A stretch of DNA of 64,000 nt from a virus: positions 1 to 64,000 of the IMG/VR virus record IMGVR_UViG_3300028920_000032; one strand, written 5' to 3'. Of the stretch, positions 41,983 to 52,540 are shown piece after piece (position 1 is the first letter of the stretch; every line of letters starts with the position of its first letter). The notes below the pieces were generated by a model. It worked only from the letters and a program-made list of their open reading frames with translations, ran no database searches and was not told where the DNA came from. A program made the position numbers and the translations under genes.

Positions 41983-44520
41983 TTATTGTGGTGCCCATAA
42001 TAATACTTCATTATCTGTAACCGCTGGACCGATTTCAATAAGAGAAACTGAAATTACAATATTAGAATAATGTCTTTCATTTGCACCTATTATCCCACCC
42101 TTGTATTCAAAGCTAACGTTTTCACATAGCCACAATGATCTCATAGAATGAAATTTATAACCACCACTACTTAGTGAAAACCAATTTGTTCTGAATGTTG
42201 GATGTGATTCATTCAATTGACTATTATTTGAATCTTCAATCATTCCCGTAGAAGATCCTGTAGTATTCTCTAATCCTCCATACCAAACTTGTACAATTGG
42301 CGTCCCAAGTTTATATTTTGGATCTGACATGTTTGGTAATACCAAATTGCGAAAATTTCTTATTAGATAATTATAAATATATTCTTCAGTCCAATTTTTC
42401 ATTCCCATTGAGCTTATTGAATTACCAGATTCACCTAAATGATTATTGCCTGTTACTAGATATTCTAATTCTAAACCAATCTTTCTTTCATTACTATATT
42501 TATATACTTGAGCGGGAGTACTTCTTGCTAATGTAGAAATAGCAGAATAAGAAGCACCTTTGCTTTCTCCACTTATTTTAGGCTCAAACTGAAACGGTAA
42601 ATAGCAAATCTCATTTTGAGATGTTTGAAATTTCATACTTCTTTTAGTATATATTTTTAAATATCCAACATTTTCTGGATGATTAGATATACTTAAGTAA
42701 CTTCTATTTGAGTGATAATCACTTCTTTGATTTTCTCTATTTTTTTCTAAATCTGTTGTTTCTATTTTATTAGAATCTCTTTTATAATAATCAGATCTTC
42801 TATTTGATTCTGCTGTATTTAAAGCATCAGCAAGTTGAGCATTGGGTCTATCTGCTTCAAACGAATTGAAATCTTCTTTATTATACTGAGAGAAGTCTTT
42901 GTATGTTTCAACCATAGATAATTTATTTTGTAATTGTGCTCCGATATATTTTGTGGCAAATTCTTTTGCATATCTAAATGATTTAGCCGCTGAAAATAAA
43001 ATATCAACTATGGCACTTACAAGTGGCACATTTGGAGTATCGCCAATTACTCGTGAAATTATATTTGATGGTTTTACCTGAGTGACTATATTTTTTTCTG
43101 TTTTATTTATTTCTATGCCAACATCAATTTGATCTTTATTTACTTTTTCAGAAGGATTGTCTGATATTTGTATGATAGAAGAAGCTTCTTCAGGATCAGC
43201 AGTATTTATTTCGCCAGGCTCTTTAAAAACAGTTGGATTTAAAACTCCTGTTGATTTTGAGCTTTTGTCAATATCTGTATTGATGCTTGATCTAGTCTTT
43301 TCAGTCTTTTCGTCTGGTGAATCTAATTCGTTTATAAATTTCTCAACTACATCTTCAGCTGATTCAATATTATTAATATTCTTTTCATTTTTGTTTGCTG
43401 TTTCTTCTAAATTATTTATTAATTTAGAAGACTCTTGATCAGTTATGTCTAATTCTATTTGTTGCTTTGTTTCTTCAATTGCTGCTGTAGTAATTTCGTT
43501 TGGTGTTTTTTCATCACCTTTATCAGCAAGACTTATATTATTAACTAATTTATCATCTGTGTCTACTGAATCAATATTATTTCGTTCTTTTTCAGATTTA
43601 TTCAATTGGTTTTCTAAGACTTTGTTTTCATCTACATTTTTTCTGTTAATTAGTGAAGTATCATAACTATCGATTTTTGAAGCTTCATCATCCTTTAATT
43701 TTTTATTTACAATTGAAGATTCAATGTGTTCATTAATACTATCACTAGATTTATTAATGAAATCAGGAAATTCCCCTATTCCATAAACTCTTTTATCTGT
43801 TTTATCTTCAGATTCAGGGACGCTGCTTATATTCTTCTCATCTTTCTCAACTAATGTATCAACTGCTTGTTCACTCTTTCTTGTAGTAATATTTAGTTCT
43901 GCGATAGTTTGTGATTCTTTTTCATCTATAATAGTAGACGGTATAGATTCTATGTTTTTCTTTTGACTTAATGGTGTAATATCAATTTCTTGAGTACCTT
44001 TTTCTACTCTATCAGGGAAAATAAAATAATAATATTCTTTTAGTTGTTTTGCTAATAAAGAGAAAATAATATCAGTCATTATTTTTCTTGATGCGTCATT
44101 TGGCATATCAATTTGGTCGGATATTTTTTCTGTCCCTTTAATAACACTAATTGAATCATTAAGTAATTTAATTGTTTTGTCTAAGTTTTGATTACTTATT
44201 TCATTTATTTTTTTTCTGCTTATGTCTCCATAGTCTTGTGTTCTACTTGGAGTCTGTATGTTTAAAGATTCACCAGCTGCACTTGCTATAATACTACTAG
44301 CTTTTTCAATTTTATTAGACACATCATTGAATAAATATACAGAAGTTGTTTTATCAGCTTTACGTAAAGTATATAAAAGATTGCGTATTTCTGTTAAAGT
44401 TTTTATATTTGCTTGTTGTGGTGTGATAACAGCATCTGCAATTTTTTCTAATAAATTGTTTACAGTTGAGTTTACATCAATTATTTCTTTTGATTTAGTT
44501 GGTTCTTTTTTAATATCCAT
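41983..44520 (-). CDS. tail tube initiator/hub-proximal protein with long acidic low-complexity N-terminal region
   Basis: C-terminal LPFQFEP.ISGESKGASY.......RSTP..VY..S.ER.I.LEL resembles contractile tube-initiator domains; lies between tape measure and LysM genes. Confidence 0.65.
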   Translation of the reverse strand: MDIKKEPTKSKEIIDVNSTVNNLLEKIADAVITPQQANIKTLTEIRNLLYTLRKADKTTSVYLFNDVSNKIEKASSIIASAAGESLNIQTPSRTQDYGDISRKKINEISNQNLDKTIKLLNDSISVIKGTEKISDQIDMPNDASRKIMTDIIFSLLAKQLKEYYYFIFPDRVEKGTQEIDITPLSQKKNIESIPSTIIDEKESQTIAELNITTRKSEQAVDTLVEKDEKNISSVPESEDKTDKRVYGIGEFPDFINKSSDSINEHIESSIVNKKLKDDEASKIDSYDTSLINRKNVDENKVLENQLNKSEKERNNIDSVDTDDKLVNNISLADKGDEKTPNEITTAAIEETKQQIELDITDQESSKLINNLEETANKNEKNINNIESAEDVVEKFINELDSPDEKTEKTRSSINTDIDKSSKSTGVLNPTVFKEPGEINTADPEEASSIIQISDNPSEKVNKDQIDVGIEINKTEKNIVTQVKPSNIISRVIGDTPNVPLVSAIVDILFSAAKSFRYAKEFATKYIGAQLQNKLSMVETYKDFSQYNKEDFNSFEADRPNAQLADALNTAESNRRSDYYKRDSNKIETTDLEKNRENQRSDYHSNRSYLSISNHPENVGYLKIYTKRSMKFQTSQNEICYLPFQFEPKISGESKGASYSAISTLARSTPAQVYKYSNERKIGLELEYLVTGNNHLGESGNSISSMGMKNWTEEYIYNYLIRNFRNLVLPNMSDPKYKLGTPIVQVWYGGLENTTGSSTGMIEDSNNSQLNESHPTFRTNWFSLSSGGYKFHSMRSLWLCENVSFEYKGGIIGANERHYSNIVISVSLIEIGPAVTDNEVLLWAPQ

Positions 44521-44534
44521 TTAATATACCTCAA

Positions 44535-47500
44535 CTATTTTTGTTTAACAAGAATTCCATTTCCAAGTGCAAGGTTTTTAATATTCTTTATGTATGACTC
44601 AGTTCTTGAAGATGCAGATTCTATAACTTGTAAATGCCCTTCTAATGCACTTAATTTATTCATTAATCTGTCTACTTCTTTTGCAAATGATTCTTGAATT
44701 GCAACATTTAATGATCTAGCTATAGACAGCTCTTCTTTTTTTTCTCCAAGTTCAGCATTGAATTCACTTTTTTTGCTTATAAGTCTAATAGGTTTAGCAT
44801 CTTCCATTTGTTTCATGAGTTTTGAAAATTGTTTAGCTGCACTACTTGCTTCACCATTAAATCCAACTAATACGGAAGTAATTGCAGCCATATCAACTGC
44901 AAGTTCAGAAAGTCTTGGAATAGTACTTGGTAATCTAGATAGTGATGTAAATAGTTGTGATAATCCTTGTCCAGCTTTTTGTATTGCACTACCTTTATAC
45001 ATACTCTTCATTATGATTAACAATGGTTCTTTGATATCATTAAGATTTTTTGCAACTGTTATTAAATCTGTTTTCCCGAGAATATATAATCCTATTGCTA
45101 ATTCACTGAAGCCTTGGCCCAAAGCAACTAATATTTTAGGATCCATTGAATACATACCCTCTTGTGCTTTAAGCATTTCAGATAAGAATTTTCCAATACC
45201 CTCAGCTGATTTTGACATAGTTCCGCTTAAACTTTCTAGTTGGTCAGCAGATTGTTGCAATACATATATACCAATTGCTAAAGCTTGAAATCCTTCACCC
45301 GTTCTTTGAATATTTTCAAACCAGCCTGTATGTGCTTTTAATGCTTCTAATAGTCCACTTACAAAATTAACAATTGGAATAAATCTTGAACCAGAAAAAG
45401 ACTCAATCATTCTAGTAAGATCTTCACTTGCTAATGTTTTTATACCTTCTGCTAATGCTTTAAACCCTTCTCCTGCATTTTTCATATTACCAATAAATGG
45501 CCCAACACTTATTGCTTCAATAGCTTTTTTAAGACCATCAAAACTAGCAGAGATTGCAGATGTTCTTTGAACTTCACTAAGAGTTTTTACAGCTTCTGAC
45601 AATATATAAAAACCTATTGCTAGATCTGTTAAATTTTGAGAAAACAATTTGAATTTACTTTTGTCTTTTACTGCACTTAACATTTCATTAATTGCTTCTC
45701 CAAATTCTTGAAGTGGTTTAATTAGTCCCACAAATTTAGTTTTTATTGTATCAGCAATTTCAGCAAAGAAAGCTAATCCTTTCCCCATTTCCATTATGTT
45801 GTCTGCTATTAACATAAATCCTAAACCAATTGCCGCTATTGCAATTCCTAAAACCAATAAAACACCTGCCATTGCTGCCATTCCTGCTAGTGCAATTGCA
45901 CCTACTGGTGTCATAAAGAAATAGCCTAATGCAACTAATCCTGCAACAAATATTGCAAGTATTGCAGCTGCTATTAATATTTGTTGCCATGGTTGTGAAG
46001 CTAAAAATCCAATACCAGTTGCAATTAAAAATATAGCAGCTCCTACTGCTAACATTACTAAAGCAGCACCAGCCATTTGTAGAAACATTTTTAAACCTGC
46101 GCCTACAGATTGAGTAAATGTTCCCATACCAGCAGCTGCTCCTCCGGCTACATTTCCCACGTTTGCAATTTTACTTGCTAAATTTCCAAGAAATCCAAGA
46201 ATTGGAGGTCCCAATTTCCATACAACTAAGAAAGCAATTATATATGGCACTGCTTTTTGTAAGAAGCTTATAACATTGCCAATTCCTTCACCTACGCTTT
46301 TGAAAAAATTGATTATCTTTTCTGGAGTCAAATTTCTAAAAAATTCCTGAAAACCTCTTGTTGCATTATCAAAAAATGCATCTATTGAATCAGCATTCTT
46401 TAGCCACCATTCGTTTAGCATTTCTAATATATCTGTTATAAATCCAATTATACCAGCAAGACGTTTCCCAAAGAATGCTCCTATCGTATTCATTAGTCTT
46501 TCTAGAGATCCTGACATAGTGGCCATACCTTCAGCAGCCTGCTTTTCAAAAGCTGCTTCACCACTGTCAATCTTTGCAAGCTGTTCACGTCCTTTTTTTG
46601 CTAATCTTAATGCTTCTTGCGCATTATTAAATCCCATCTGTTGAGCTCTAACATTTGCTGCGACGATATTTCCACCTTGTTCAAGAATTCTATTTATTTC
46701 ATCAGCGGCAGTAATCAACCCCTCTGTTAATTTTCGTAGATCAACAGGACCTCCACGTAACATGTCAAGATATTCATGCATATTCATTCCCATCTTCGCG
46801 ACTAATAATGCATTTTCTCCGATTCGTGATGCATCAAATAATTTTTCCATTATTTCATTAGCTCTTCCAGCTGTAAGTCCTAATGCTCCAAACATACCTG
46901 TTAATTTTGCAGTAGCCTCTGTCATGGCTACTATGTCTTGTTCGGCTGCGCCGAATGCTGACATTAGAAGAGTTAATTTACTGACTGTACCAATCATTGC
47001 ACTCATTTCTTGTTCAGTTAATCCAACTGCATCTTGGACTTTAGAAAATGTTCTTAATATACCGCCTGCTCCAACAATTAGTTCTTTACTAACTCCTCCC
47101 ATAACTCTTAGTCTAGCTATCATATCTGTTAATTGTTCTTGGTTGGCACCTAATGCTTTAGCTCCTAAGATTGCATATTTACTCAATTGCTTTAAATCAT
47201 CAAATGGTACTCTCTGTTGAGCTAAAGAAATATATTGGTCTTTTACTGTTTTAATACTTGCAGTAGTTTCAAATGCGACTTCATTTATATCAGACAATGC
47301 TTTAGCCACACGAGTGCCCATACTTTCTGCTTTACCCTCAGCACTTGCAAAACTGCTACTCATCATAGAAAACATGCGCACTAAATCTTTCTGCACGTCA
47401 AACACCATTTCTTTTATGTTCTTCCAGATAGATGCAAATATACCTATTATAGGTATAGCAGCTGCACCAAAAGCATCTTTCATTCTTGCAGCAGTCGTTT

Positions 47501-47723
47501 CAACTATGTTTCGTATACTTTCTATAGGTCTAGTCCAGTCCATTTCTTTTATAGCTTGTTGTATACTTTTTATCTGGTTGATAGCAGCATCGGCACCAGC
47601 TATGGCACCTTTCTCAAATGATTCTCTAATGCCTTTATCAATGCCTTTGGAAGCTTGCTTTAAAGCAGTAGGAGCAAGTTTTTCGAATTGTAATTTTATA
47701 TTTAAAATATGTTCACTAGCCAT
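44535..47723 (-). CDS. tail tape measure protein
   Basis: 1062 aa, helical, A/G-rich, central hydrophobic segments and repeats; position in tail module. Confidence 0.85.
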   Translation of the reverse strand: MASEHILNIKLQFEKLAPTALKQASKGIDKGIRESFEKGAIAGADAAINQIKSIQQAIKEMDWTRPIESIRNIVETTAARMKDAFGAAAIPIIGIFASIWKNIKEMVFDVQKDLVRMFSMMSSSFASAEGKAESMGTRVAKALSDINEVAFETTASIKTVKDQYISLAQQRVPFDDLKQLSKYAILGAKALGANQEQLTDMIARLRVMGGVSKELIVGAGGILRTFSKVQDAVGLTEQEMSAMIGTVSKLTLLMSAFGAAEQDIVAMTEATAKLTGMFGALGLTAGRANEIMEKLFDASRIGENALLVAKMGMNMHEYLDMLRGGPVDLRKLTEGLITAADEINRILEQGGNIVAANVRAQQMGFNNAQEALRLAKKGREQLAKIDSGEAAFEKQAAEGMATMSGSLERLMNTIGAFFGKRLAGIIGFITDILEMLNEWWLKNADSIDAFFDNATRGFQEFFRNLTPEKIINFFKSVGEGIGNVISFLQKAVPYIIAFLVVWKLGPPILGFLGNLASKIANVGNVAGGAAAGMGTFTQSVGAGLKMFLQMAGAALVMLAVGAAIFLIATGIGFLASQPWQQILIAAAILAIFVAGLVALGYFFMTPVGAIALAGMAAMAGVLLVLGIAIAAIGLGFMLIADNIMEMGKGLAFFAEIADTIKTKFVGLIKPLQEFGEAINEMLSAVKDKSKFKLFSQNLTDLAIGFYILSEAVKTLSEVQRTSAISASFDGLKKAIEAISVGPFIGNMKNAGEGFKALAEGIKTLASEDLTRMIESFSGSRFIPIVNFVSGLLEALKAHTGWFENIQRTGEGFQALAIGIYVLQQSADQLESLSGTMSKSAEGIGKFLSEMLKAQEGMYSMDPKILVALGQGFSELAIGLYILGKTDLITVAKNLNDIKEPLLIIMKSMYKGSAIQKAGQGLSQLFTSLSRLPSTIPRLSELAVDMAAITSVLVGFNGEASSAAKQFSKLMKQMEDAKPIRLISKKSEFNAELGEKKEELSIARSLNVAIQESFAKEVDRLMNKLSALEGHLQVIESASSRTESYIKNIKNLALGNGILVKQK

Positions 47724-47726
47724 AGT

Positions 47727-49679
47727 TTACCAAGCTTTAATTAATTTTAACGATGTTGTATATTCACCATCTGATATATTGTGACTACAACCTTTTATAC
47801 ATAGATAGTTGCCAGTAATTATATTACTTATTGCATTCTGATTATTTGGCAAAGGTCGATGTATAGTTATCTTAAAATAAGAGTTATATAAATTCACTAA
47901 ATAATCTTGATTTCTGAAATTATTTTGTCCATGAACATTCCATATTGAATTATCTAACCATGGATCTCCTGAAATACTAATACTTACATCAAATATTTCT
48001 TTAGCAAATTTATTCCATACATTTATAACTAATCTTCTACCATCATTTTCTATATCAACTTCATTCCCACCTCTAGAATCATAATTAAATTCTACCTCAT
48101 ATCCTCCGCTAATTCCATCTACATTTTTAACATAATTACCAGCACTTTCTGTTGGTAATGCATCTAAAGCTGTGTTTAAATCAGAGTATTTGGCGGTTAG
48201 TTTATTAGTTTTTGTGTTTTCTCCTTTTACACTGGGATCTGGAGTAGTACCCATACTCCATTTGAGTAGCTCAGAGCTGCTCAAATTTTCTTGGGCCTTT
48301 TTAGCTTCACTTGCTGCATCACCTGTGGACATGTAATATATACTTTTCTTTTCATCATCTGTAGTTTTTTCAAATTCAGTAGCTGTCGATATTACTTTTA
48401 GTTTACCTTCATTAGTAATTGTTATGGCATAAATTTGTGGCAGCCCAAACATATAATATCCTTTTGAAGACCATTCATATGATAAACTATTTATCATAGT
48501 TTGACCTTTAGCTATTTCTTCTTTATTTCCAGGACGATATATAAATGTTCTAGCTAGCCTAAATTTATCTTGAGCTTCTTTATCATCTATAGGTTTTGTT
48601 GGTGGCACTGGCTGCCAACCAAATACCATCCCTGGTTCTTTTGGATATACTCCGTCTCTACCCTCTAATCTAACACCAGCAATCATTACTGCTCTATATC
48701 CTTCTAATTCTAACATGCTAAGAAGTTTTTCTACAACTGATCTAATACCTTCTTTTGCTCCTATAACATATTTATCTTTTGTTTCTTGGTTTATAGGTCC
48801 ACCAATTTTAGTTCCTTCAATTGTTTCATCCCATGTTACTTTTAAATCTTCATTATTATTGTTTTTTGCCCACCATTTTCTTAATACAGTTCTTAACATA
48901 TACCATGGTGTTCTATTATAGAATACATTTTCAATTTCAATATCTGGCTCTGTAGTTGTGCTTTCATTGCTTGAAGCATCTTCAACATAAAAGCCTTTTT
49001 CTCCTAATGTGGTACCGACTGCAGTACCAGCTTTTAAGTCATCATAAAATGGATCTCCAGGTTTTTGACCAAACAATTTTTTTAGTGTTTCATCTAACAC
49101 ATCTTGTTTGGTTATAGTTTTTAATCCGCCTGACGATTGGTTTGCAGGCGGTGTATCTCTTAAATTTAAATTTCCAATTGATGGATCTGGTTCATTATGA
49201 CGACCATTGAATAAGCCTTCTCCTAAATCAATTAGTTCAAATGTAACTTTCAATTCTACTTCATCTAAATCATATCTTAGATCTTTTAATAAATAAGCAT
49301 GTATTCCAGAGTGTTTACCTTGCCCCTTTCCTCCATCGTGAAAATCCACTTGACGTCCATAATATGTCCATCCCCAAAATACTCTACAAAACCAATAACC
49401 ATTTGTTTTTGAAGTTCTATTGGCAATTACTTGAGCTTTAGCAAAGAAAGCTTCTAAATTTACAAAATCTGGATCTACTAAAGTAATTGAAGCTGTTGAA
49501 GATCCGGCATCACTTAATACTTCAAAATTTGCATTTCCAACATAAATTCTATTAGTTGGATTTGGGAAAGTATGTATATATGTAGACCCTCTAAATTGTA
49601 TAGATATAAATGGAGTCATTGGAGAACCAATGTTCTGCCAATCTAGAGTTTTATAAGGCCCAGTTGGTTTATTTGGCAT
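47727..49679 (-). CDS. baseplate hub protein (gp27/gp44-like)
   Basis: ASITLVDPDF...V.WGW; C-terminal ISISGDPWL...TGNYL......HNIS.GEYTTSLKL. Confidence 0.75.
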   Translation of the reverse strand: MPNKPTGPYKTLDWQNIGSPMTPFISIQFRGSTYIHTFPNPTNRIYVGNANFEVLSDAGSSTASITLVDPDFVNLEAFFAKAQVIANRTSKTNGYWFCRVFWGWTYYGRQVDFHDGGKGQGKHSGIHAYLLKDLRYDLDEVELKVTFELIDLGEGLFNGRHNEPDPSIGNLNLRDTPPANQSSGGLKTITKQDVLDETLKKLFGQKPGDPFYDDLKAGTAVGTTLGEKGFYVEDASSNESTTTEPDIEIENVFYNRTPWYMLRTVLRKWWAKNNNNEDLKVTWDETIEGTKIGGPINQETKDKYVIGAKEGIRSVVEKLLSMLELEGYRAVMIAGVRLEGRDGVYPKEPGMVFGWQPVPPTKPIDDKEAQDKFRLARTFIYRPGNKEEIAKGQTMINSLSYEWSSKGYYMFGLPQIYAITITNEGKLKVISTATEFEKTTDDEKKSIYYMSTGDAASEAKKAQENLSSSELLKWSMGTTPDPSVKGENTKTNKLTAKYSDLNTALDALPTESAGNYVKNVDGISGGYEVEFNYDSRGGNEVDIENDGRRLVINVWNKFAKEIFDVSISISGDPWLDNSIWNVHGQNNFRNQDYLVNLYNSYFKITIHRPLPNNQNAISNIITGNYLCIKGCSHNISDGEYTTSLKLIKAW

Positions 49680-50046
49680 TAAATATTTCCTTTATCAATT
49701 TATAAAAATCCTTATGCTCAATTGGTATACCATTTTTGTTTATATGAAATTCTACTTTGTTAATTCTAACACAAGCTCTTCCTACTTCGAAATCAAAAAC
49801 ATCATCATAAATTATAGGCGTTGTAACGTTGCCATTTAGATCAACATGACCCCACTTGTTGCCTTTTATAACCCAAGCTCTGCCTTCATTGAAAAATCCA
49901 ACACCATCATAAATTATAGGCGTTGTTACTTTACCATTTAGATCAACATGACCATATTTATTGTTTTTTAAAACTCGAGCCCTGTTTTCTGAGAAGTTGG
50001 CAATACCGTCTAAATCTAACTTTTTCTTTATTTGTTCACTAGTCAT
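49669..50046 (-). CDS. WG-repeat protein
   Basis: same 35-aa repeat family. Confidence 0.85.
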   Translation of the reverse strand: MTSEQIKKKLDLDGIANFSENRARVLKNNKYGHVDLNGKVTTPIIYDGVGFFNEGRAWVIKGNKWGHVDLNGNVTTPIIYDDVFDFEVGRACVRINKVEFHINKNGIPIEHKDFYKLIKEIFNAK

Positions 50047-50413
50047 TAAATATCTCTTTTATCAACTTATAATAATCTTTATGTTCAATGGGATAACCAT
50101 TTATATTTATATCAAATCCAAAATTTTTGATTTCAACCCAAGCCCTACCTTCATGGAAATTGCCAATATTATCATAAATTATAGGCGTTGTTACTTTACC
50201 ATTTAGGTCAACATGACCCTCTTTGCCATTTTTCTCAACATAAGCTCTGCCTTCATAGAAATTGCCGGCATCATCATAAATTATTGGTGTTGTTACTTTA
50301 CCATTTAGATCAACATGACCATACTTATTGTTTTTTAAAACTCGAGCCCTGTTTTCTGAGAAGTTTGCAATCCTGTCTAAATTTAACTTTTTCTTTATTT
50401 GTTCACTAGTCAT
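50039..50413 (-). CDS. WG-repeat protein (probable start MTSEQ at 50413)
   Basis: 5' end nearly identical to 49669..50046. Confidence 0.85.
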   Translation of the reverse strand: MTSEQIKKKLNLDRIANFSENRARVLKNNKYGHVDLNGKVTTPIIYDDAGNFYEGRAYVEKNGKEGHVDLNGKVTTPIIYDNIGNFHEGRAWVEIKNFGFDININGYPIEHKDYYKLIKEIFND

Positions 50414-50426
50414 ATGAATATACCAA

Positions 50427-51218
50427 TTATTTAGCAAGATCCCAATCATTACTAATTATATATTTAATAATACTATGATATCTTTGATGTTTGTTTCTTC
50501 CTTCAACAATATGTCCAGTAAGAGTATCAAATTTAATTTCTACATACAGATTATTAAATCTTTCATATCTCGAAAATTTTATTTTATCATCTCTTGTATA
50601 AACACATTCGTTAAAAAAATTAGTCTCAATAATCACTTTACCTTTTTTATCAATTAAGCCATAAAAACGTTGCCAATGTGCATATGCATGTCCTAATTCT
50701 TTAGTGATAACTGCAGTACCATTATAAAATTCTCCAATTTCGTCAAATTGTAAAGGTATTACTAATTTACCATTAAGATTGACACATCCTGTCTTACCAT
50801 CTTTTTTTACCTGTGCCAACCCTTCTTTAAATTCAGATGCAACTGAATCATAAATAAGAGGAGTAGTTACTTTACCATTTCTATCTACATGGCCTTCTTT
50901 TCCATCCTTCTCAACCCTTGCTCTGTCATACGAATAGAATTCACCAACATCATCATAAATTATAGGTGTAATTATTTCTTTAGTTTTTTTAATACAATGT
51001 CCATATTTCTTACCTTTTTGGACTATAGCTATACCATTTTTAGATCTGCCAATACTATCACCTTCACCTTCTATTTTCTTTATTAATTCTTTTTTACTAA
51101 TAGGATCAACTTGTTTCCATTTACGACTCTTACCGGGATTTCTGTTAGGACTCTTAGCTTCATTAATATATAAAATTTCACTTAAATTTAGTTTTTTCTT
51201 TATTTGTTCTCTATTCAT
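50427..51218 (-). CDS. divergent, longer WG-repeat protein
   Basis: MNREQIKKKLNL N-terminus, KYGH, FKEGLAQVKKDGK.G.V repeats. Confidence 0.8.
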   Translation of the reverse strand: MNREQIKKKLNLSEILYINEAKSPNRNPGKSRKWKQVDPISKKELIKKIEGEGDSIGRSKNGIAIVQKGKKYGHCIKKTKEIITPIIYDDVGEFYSYDRARVEKDGKEGHVDRNGKVTTPLIYDSVASEFKEGLAQVKKDGKTGCVNLNGKLVIPLQFDEIGEFYNGTAVITKELGHAYAHWQRFYGLIDKKGKVIIETNFFNECVYTRDDKIKFSRYERFNNLYVEIKFDTLTGHIVEGRNKHQRYHSIIKYIISNDWDLAK

Positions 51219-51587
51219 TTAAAATATACTCCTTATCAATTTATAAAAATTTTCATGTTTTAATGGATAGCCATCTTTATTTATATAAAATTCAAAATTA
51301 TTTATTTTAGCCCAAGCTCTACCCTTATAGAAATGTTCAACATCATCATAAATTATAGGTACTACTACTTTACCATTTAGATCAACATGACCCTCTTTTC
51401 CATTTTTCCTAACCCAAGCTCTGCCTTCCTGGAAAGAGCCAACAACACCATAAACTATTGGTGTTGTTACTTTGCCATTTTTATCAACATGACCCATTTT
51501 ATCATTTTTCTGGATCCAAGCTCTGCCTTCATAGAAATTGCCAATACCGTCTAAATTTAACTTTTTCTTTATTTGTTCTTTGGTCAT
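51219..51587 (-). CDS. WG-repeat protein
   Basis: same family as 34340..35184 paralogues. Confidence 0.85.
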   Translation of the reverse strand: MTKEQIKKKLNLDGIGNFYEGRAWIQKNDKMGHVDKNGKVTTPIVYGVVGSFQEGRAWVRKNGKEGHVDLNGKVVVPIIYDDVEHFYKGRAWAKINNFEFYINKDGYPLKHENFYKLIRSIF

Positions 51588-52208
51588 TTATTCACCCATT
51601 TTTCGTCTAATAGTAATTTGATCGGCTCTATTAGTTGCTTCATTCATTTCATTAGTTAATCTGTCTGATTCGGCTTGAGAAAGAGTAACTTTGTTAATTA
51701 CTCTTGGTCTTATTAATTTATTTAATGCATGTACAAATGGTTCACCAATAAATAATGCTTTACCAGGTAGAGGAATTTGGCTTACACCATCTGAAACTAA
51801 TTTCCCATTCAAAAATTTAGTAAAATATTTTCTATATGAAACTTTGGGTATACCTGGTGCTCTCATCTTTAAAAACTGATACATTATCATGCCTGTCAAT
51901 GGTTTATTTGATTTTCTCATATTAATAATCATTCTCATCATAGTATGTTGAAATGCGCCCAAGTAATGAATATTCAGTGCATGAGTATAAAATGCATCAC
52001 TTGACAAGATAAATACAAGAGGTTTTGGATCATGTTTCCAGTTTCTATATATAGTTTTGTAAATCCTGCCAGGAGCAAACGGAATAGAAAATTCTGGAGC
52101 AGGCTGCATTGCATTTGCTTTAGCTTGTTGATGTGTCATTTTTCTAACTATTGGTATACCAGGAATTTTGCGTATGCGATTAATTATGGCTTGATACAAA
52201 CTGTTCAT
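51588..52208 (-). CDS. DNA end protector protein, T4 gp2-like (probable start MNSLY at 52208)
   Basis: PGRIY...Y....HDPKPLVFIL.......ALNIHYL and YRKY motifs; AAGATAAT motif just before this ATG. Confidence 0.6.
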   Translation of the reverse strand: MNSLYQAIINRIRKIPGIPIVRKMTHQQAKANAMQPAPEFSIPFAPGRIYKTIYRNWKHDPKPLVFILSSDAFYTHALNIHYLGAFQHTMMRMIINMRKSNKPLTGMIMYQFLKMRAPGIPKVSYRKYFTKFLNGKLVSDGVSQIPLPGKALFIGEPFVHALNKLIRPRVINKVTLSQAESDRLTNEMNEATNRADQITIRRKMGE

Positions 52209-52249
52209 AGTATTATCTTTATTGCATATATAATTATTGGGAGGTTTTT

Positions 52250-52540
52250 GTGGTAATATCAATTATAACAAAGAAAAATAAAAAAGAGATATTAGTCAAA
52301 TCATATAAAATTATAAATAAAAAAATTATTATAAATGGTGATTATACAATCAAACGAATGGACTATATTAAATATGAATGCAAAAAGTGTAAAAATATAA
52401 CAAAAGAAAAATTTAAGTTAAAAGTGAACTTTCTTGATGAGTTGTATATTTGCTCAAGCTGTAAAAGGAAGCTGTAAAAGGAAGCTGACTTGTATATCTA
52501 AATATGGTACAGATAGTATTAACAAAGTAACTGCAATTAT
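52250..52540 (+). pseudogene. Zn-ribbon protein frameshifted by a 13-bp duplication (homing-endonuclease-like remnant)
   Basis: GGAGG SD plus GTG; CKKC...CSSC; AAGCTGTAAAAGG duplicated at 52456-52481 creates the stop; removing one copy gives ...CKRKLTCISKYGTDS. Confidence 0.6.

Noticed and set aside
19682-49679. Bacterial extracellular contractile injection system or tailocin locus
   Set aside because: Long tape measure, gp2-like, rnh, homing endonucleases and dense small ORFs indicate a lytic phage genome
34340-51587. Diversity-generating retroelement acting on the WG repeats (variable codons such as AAT/TAT/GAT/TCT look adenine-centred)
   Set aside because: No reverse transcriptase or non-coding template repeat in the window, and repeats also differ at non-A synonymous sites (GGT/GGC, GTT/GTC), which fits ordinary divergence plus recombination
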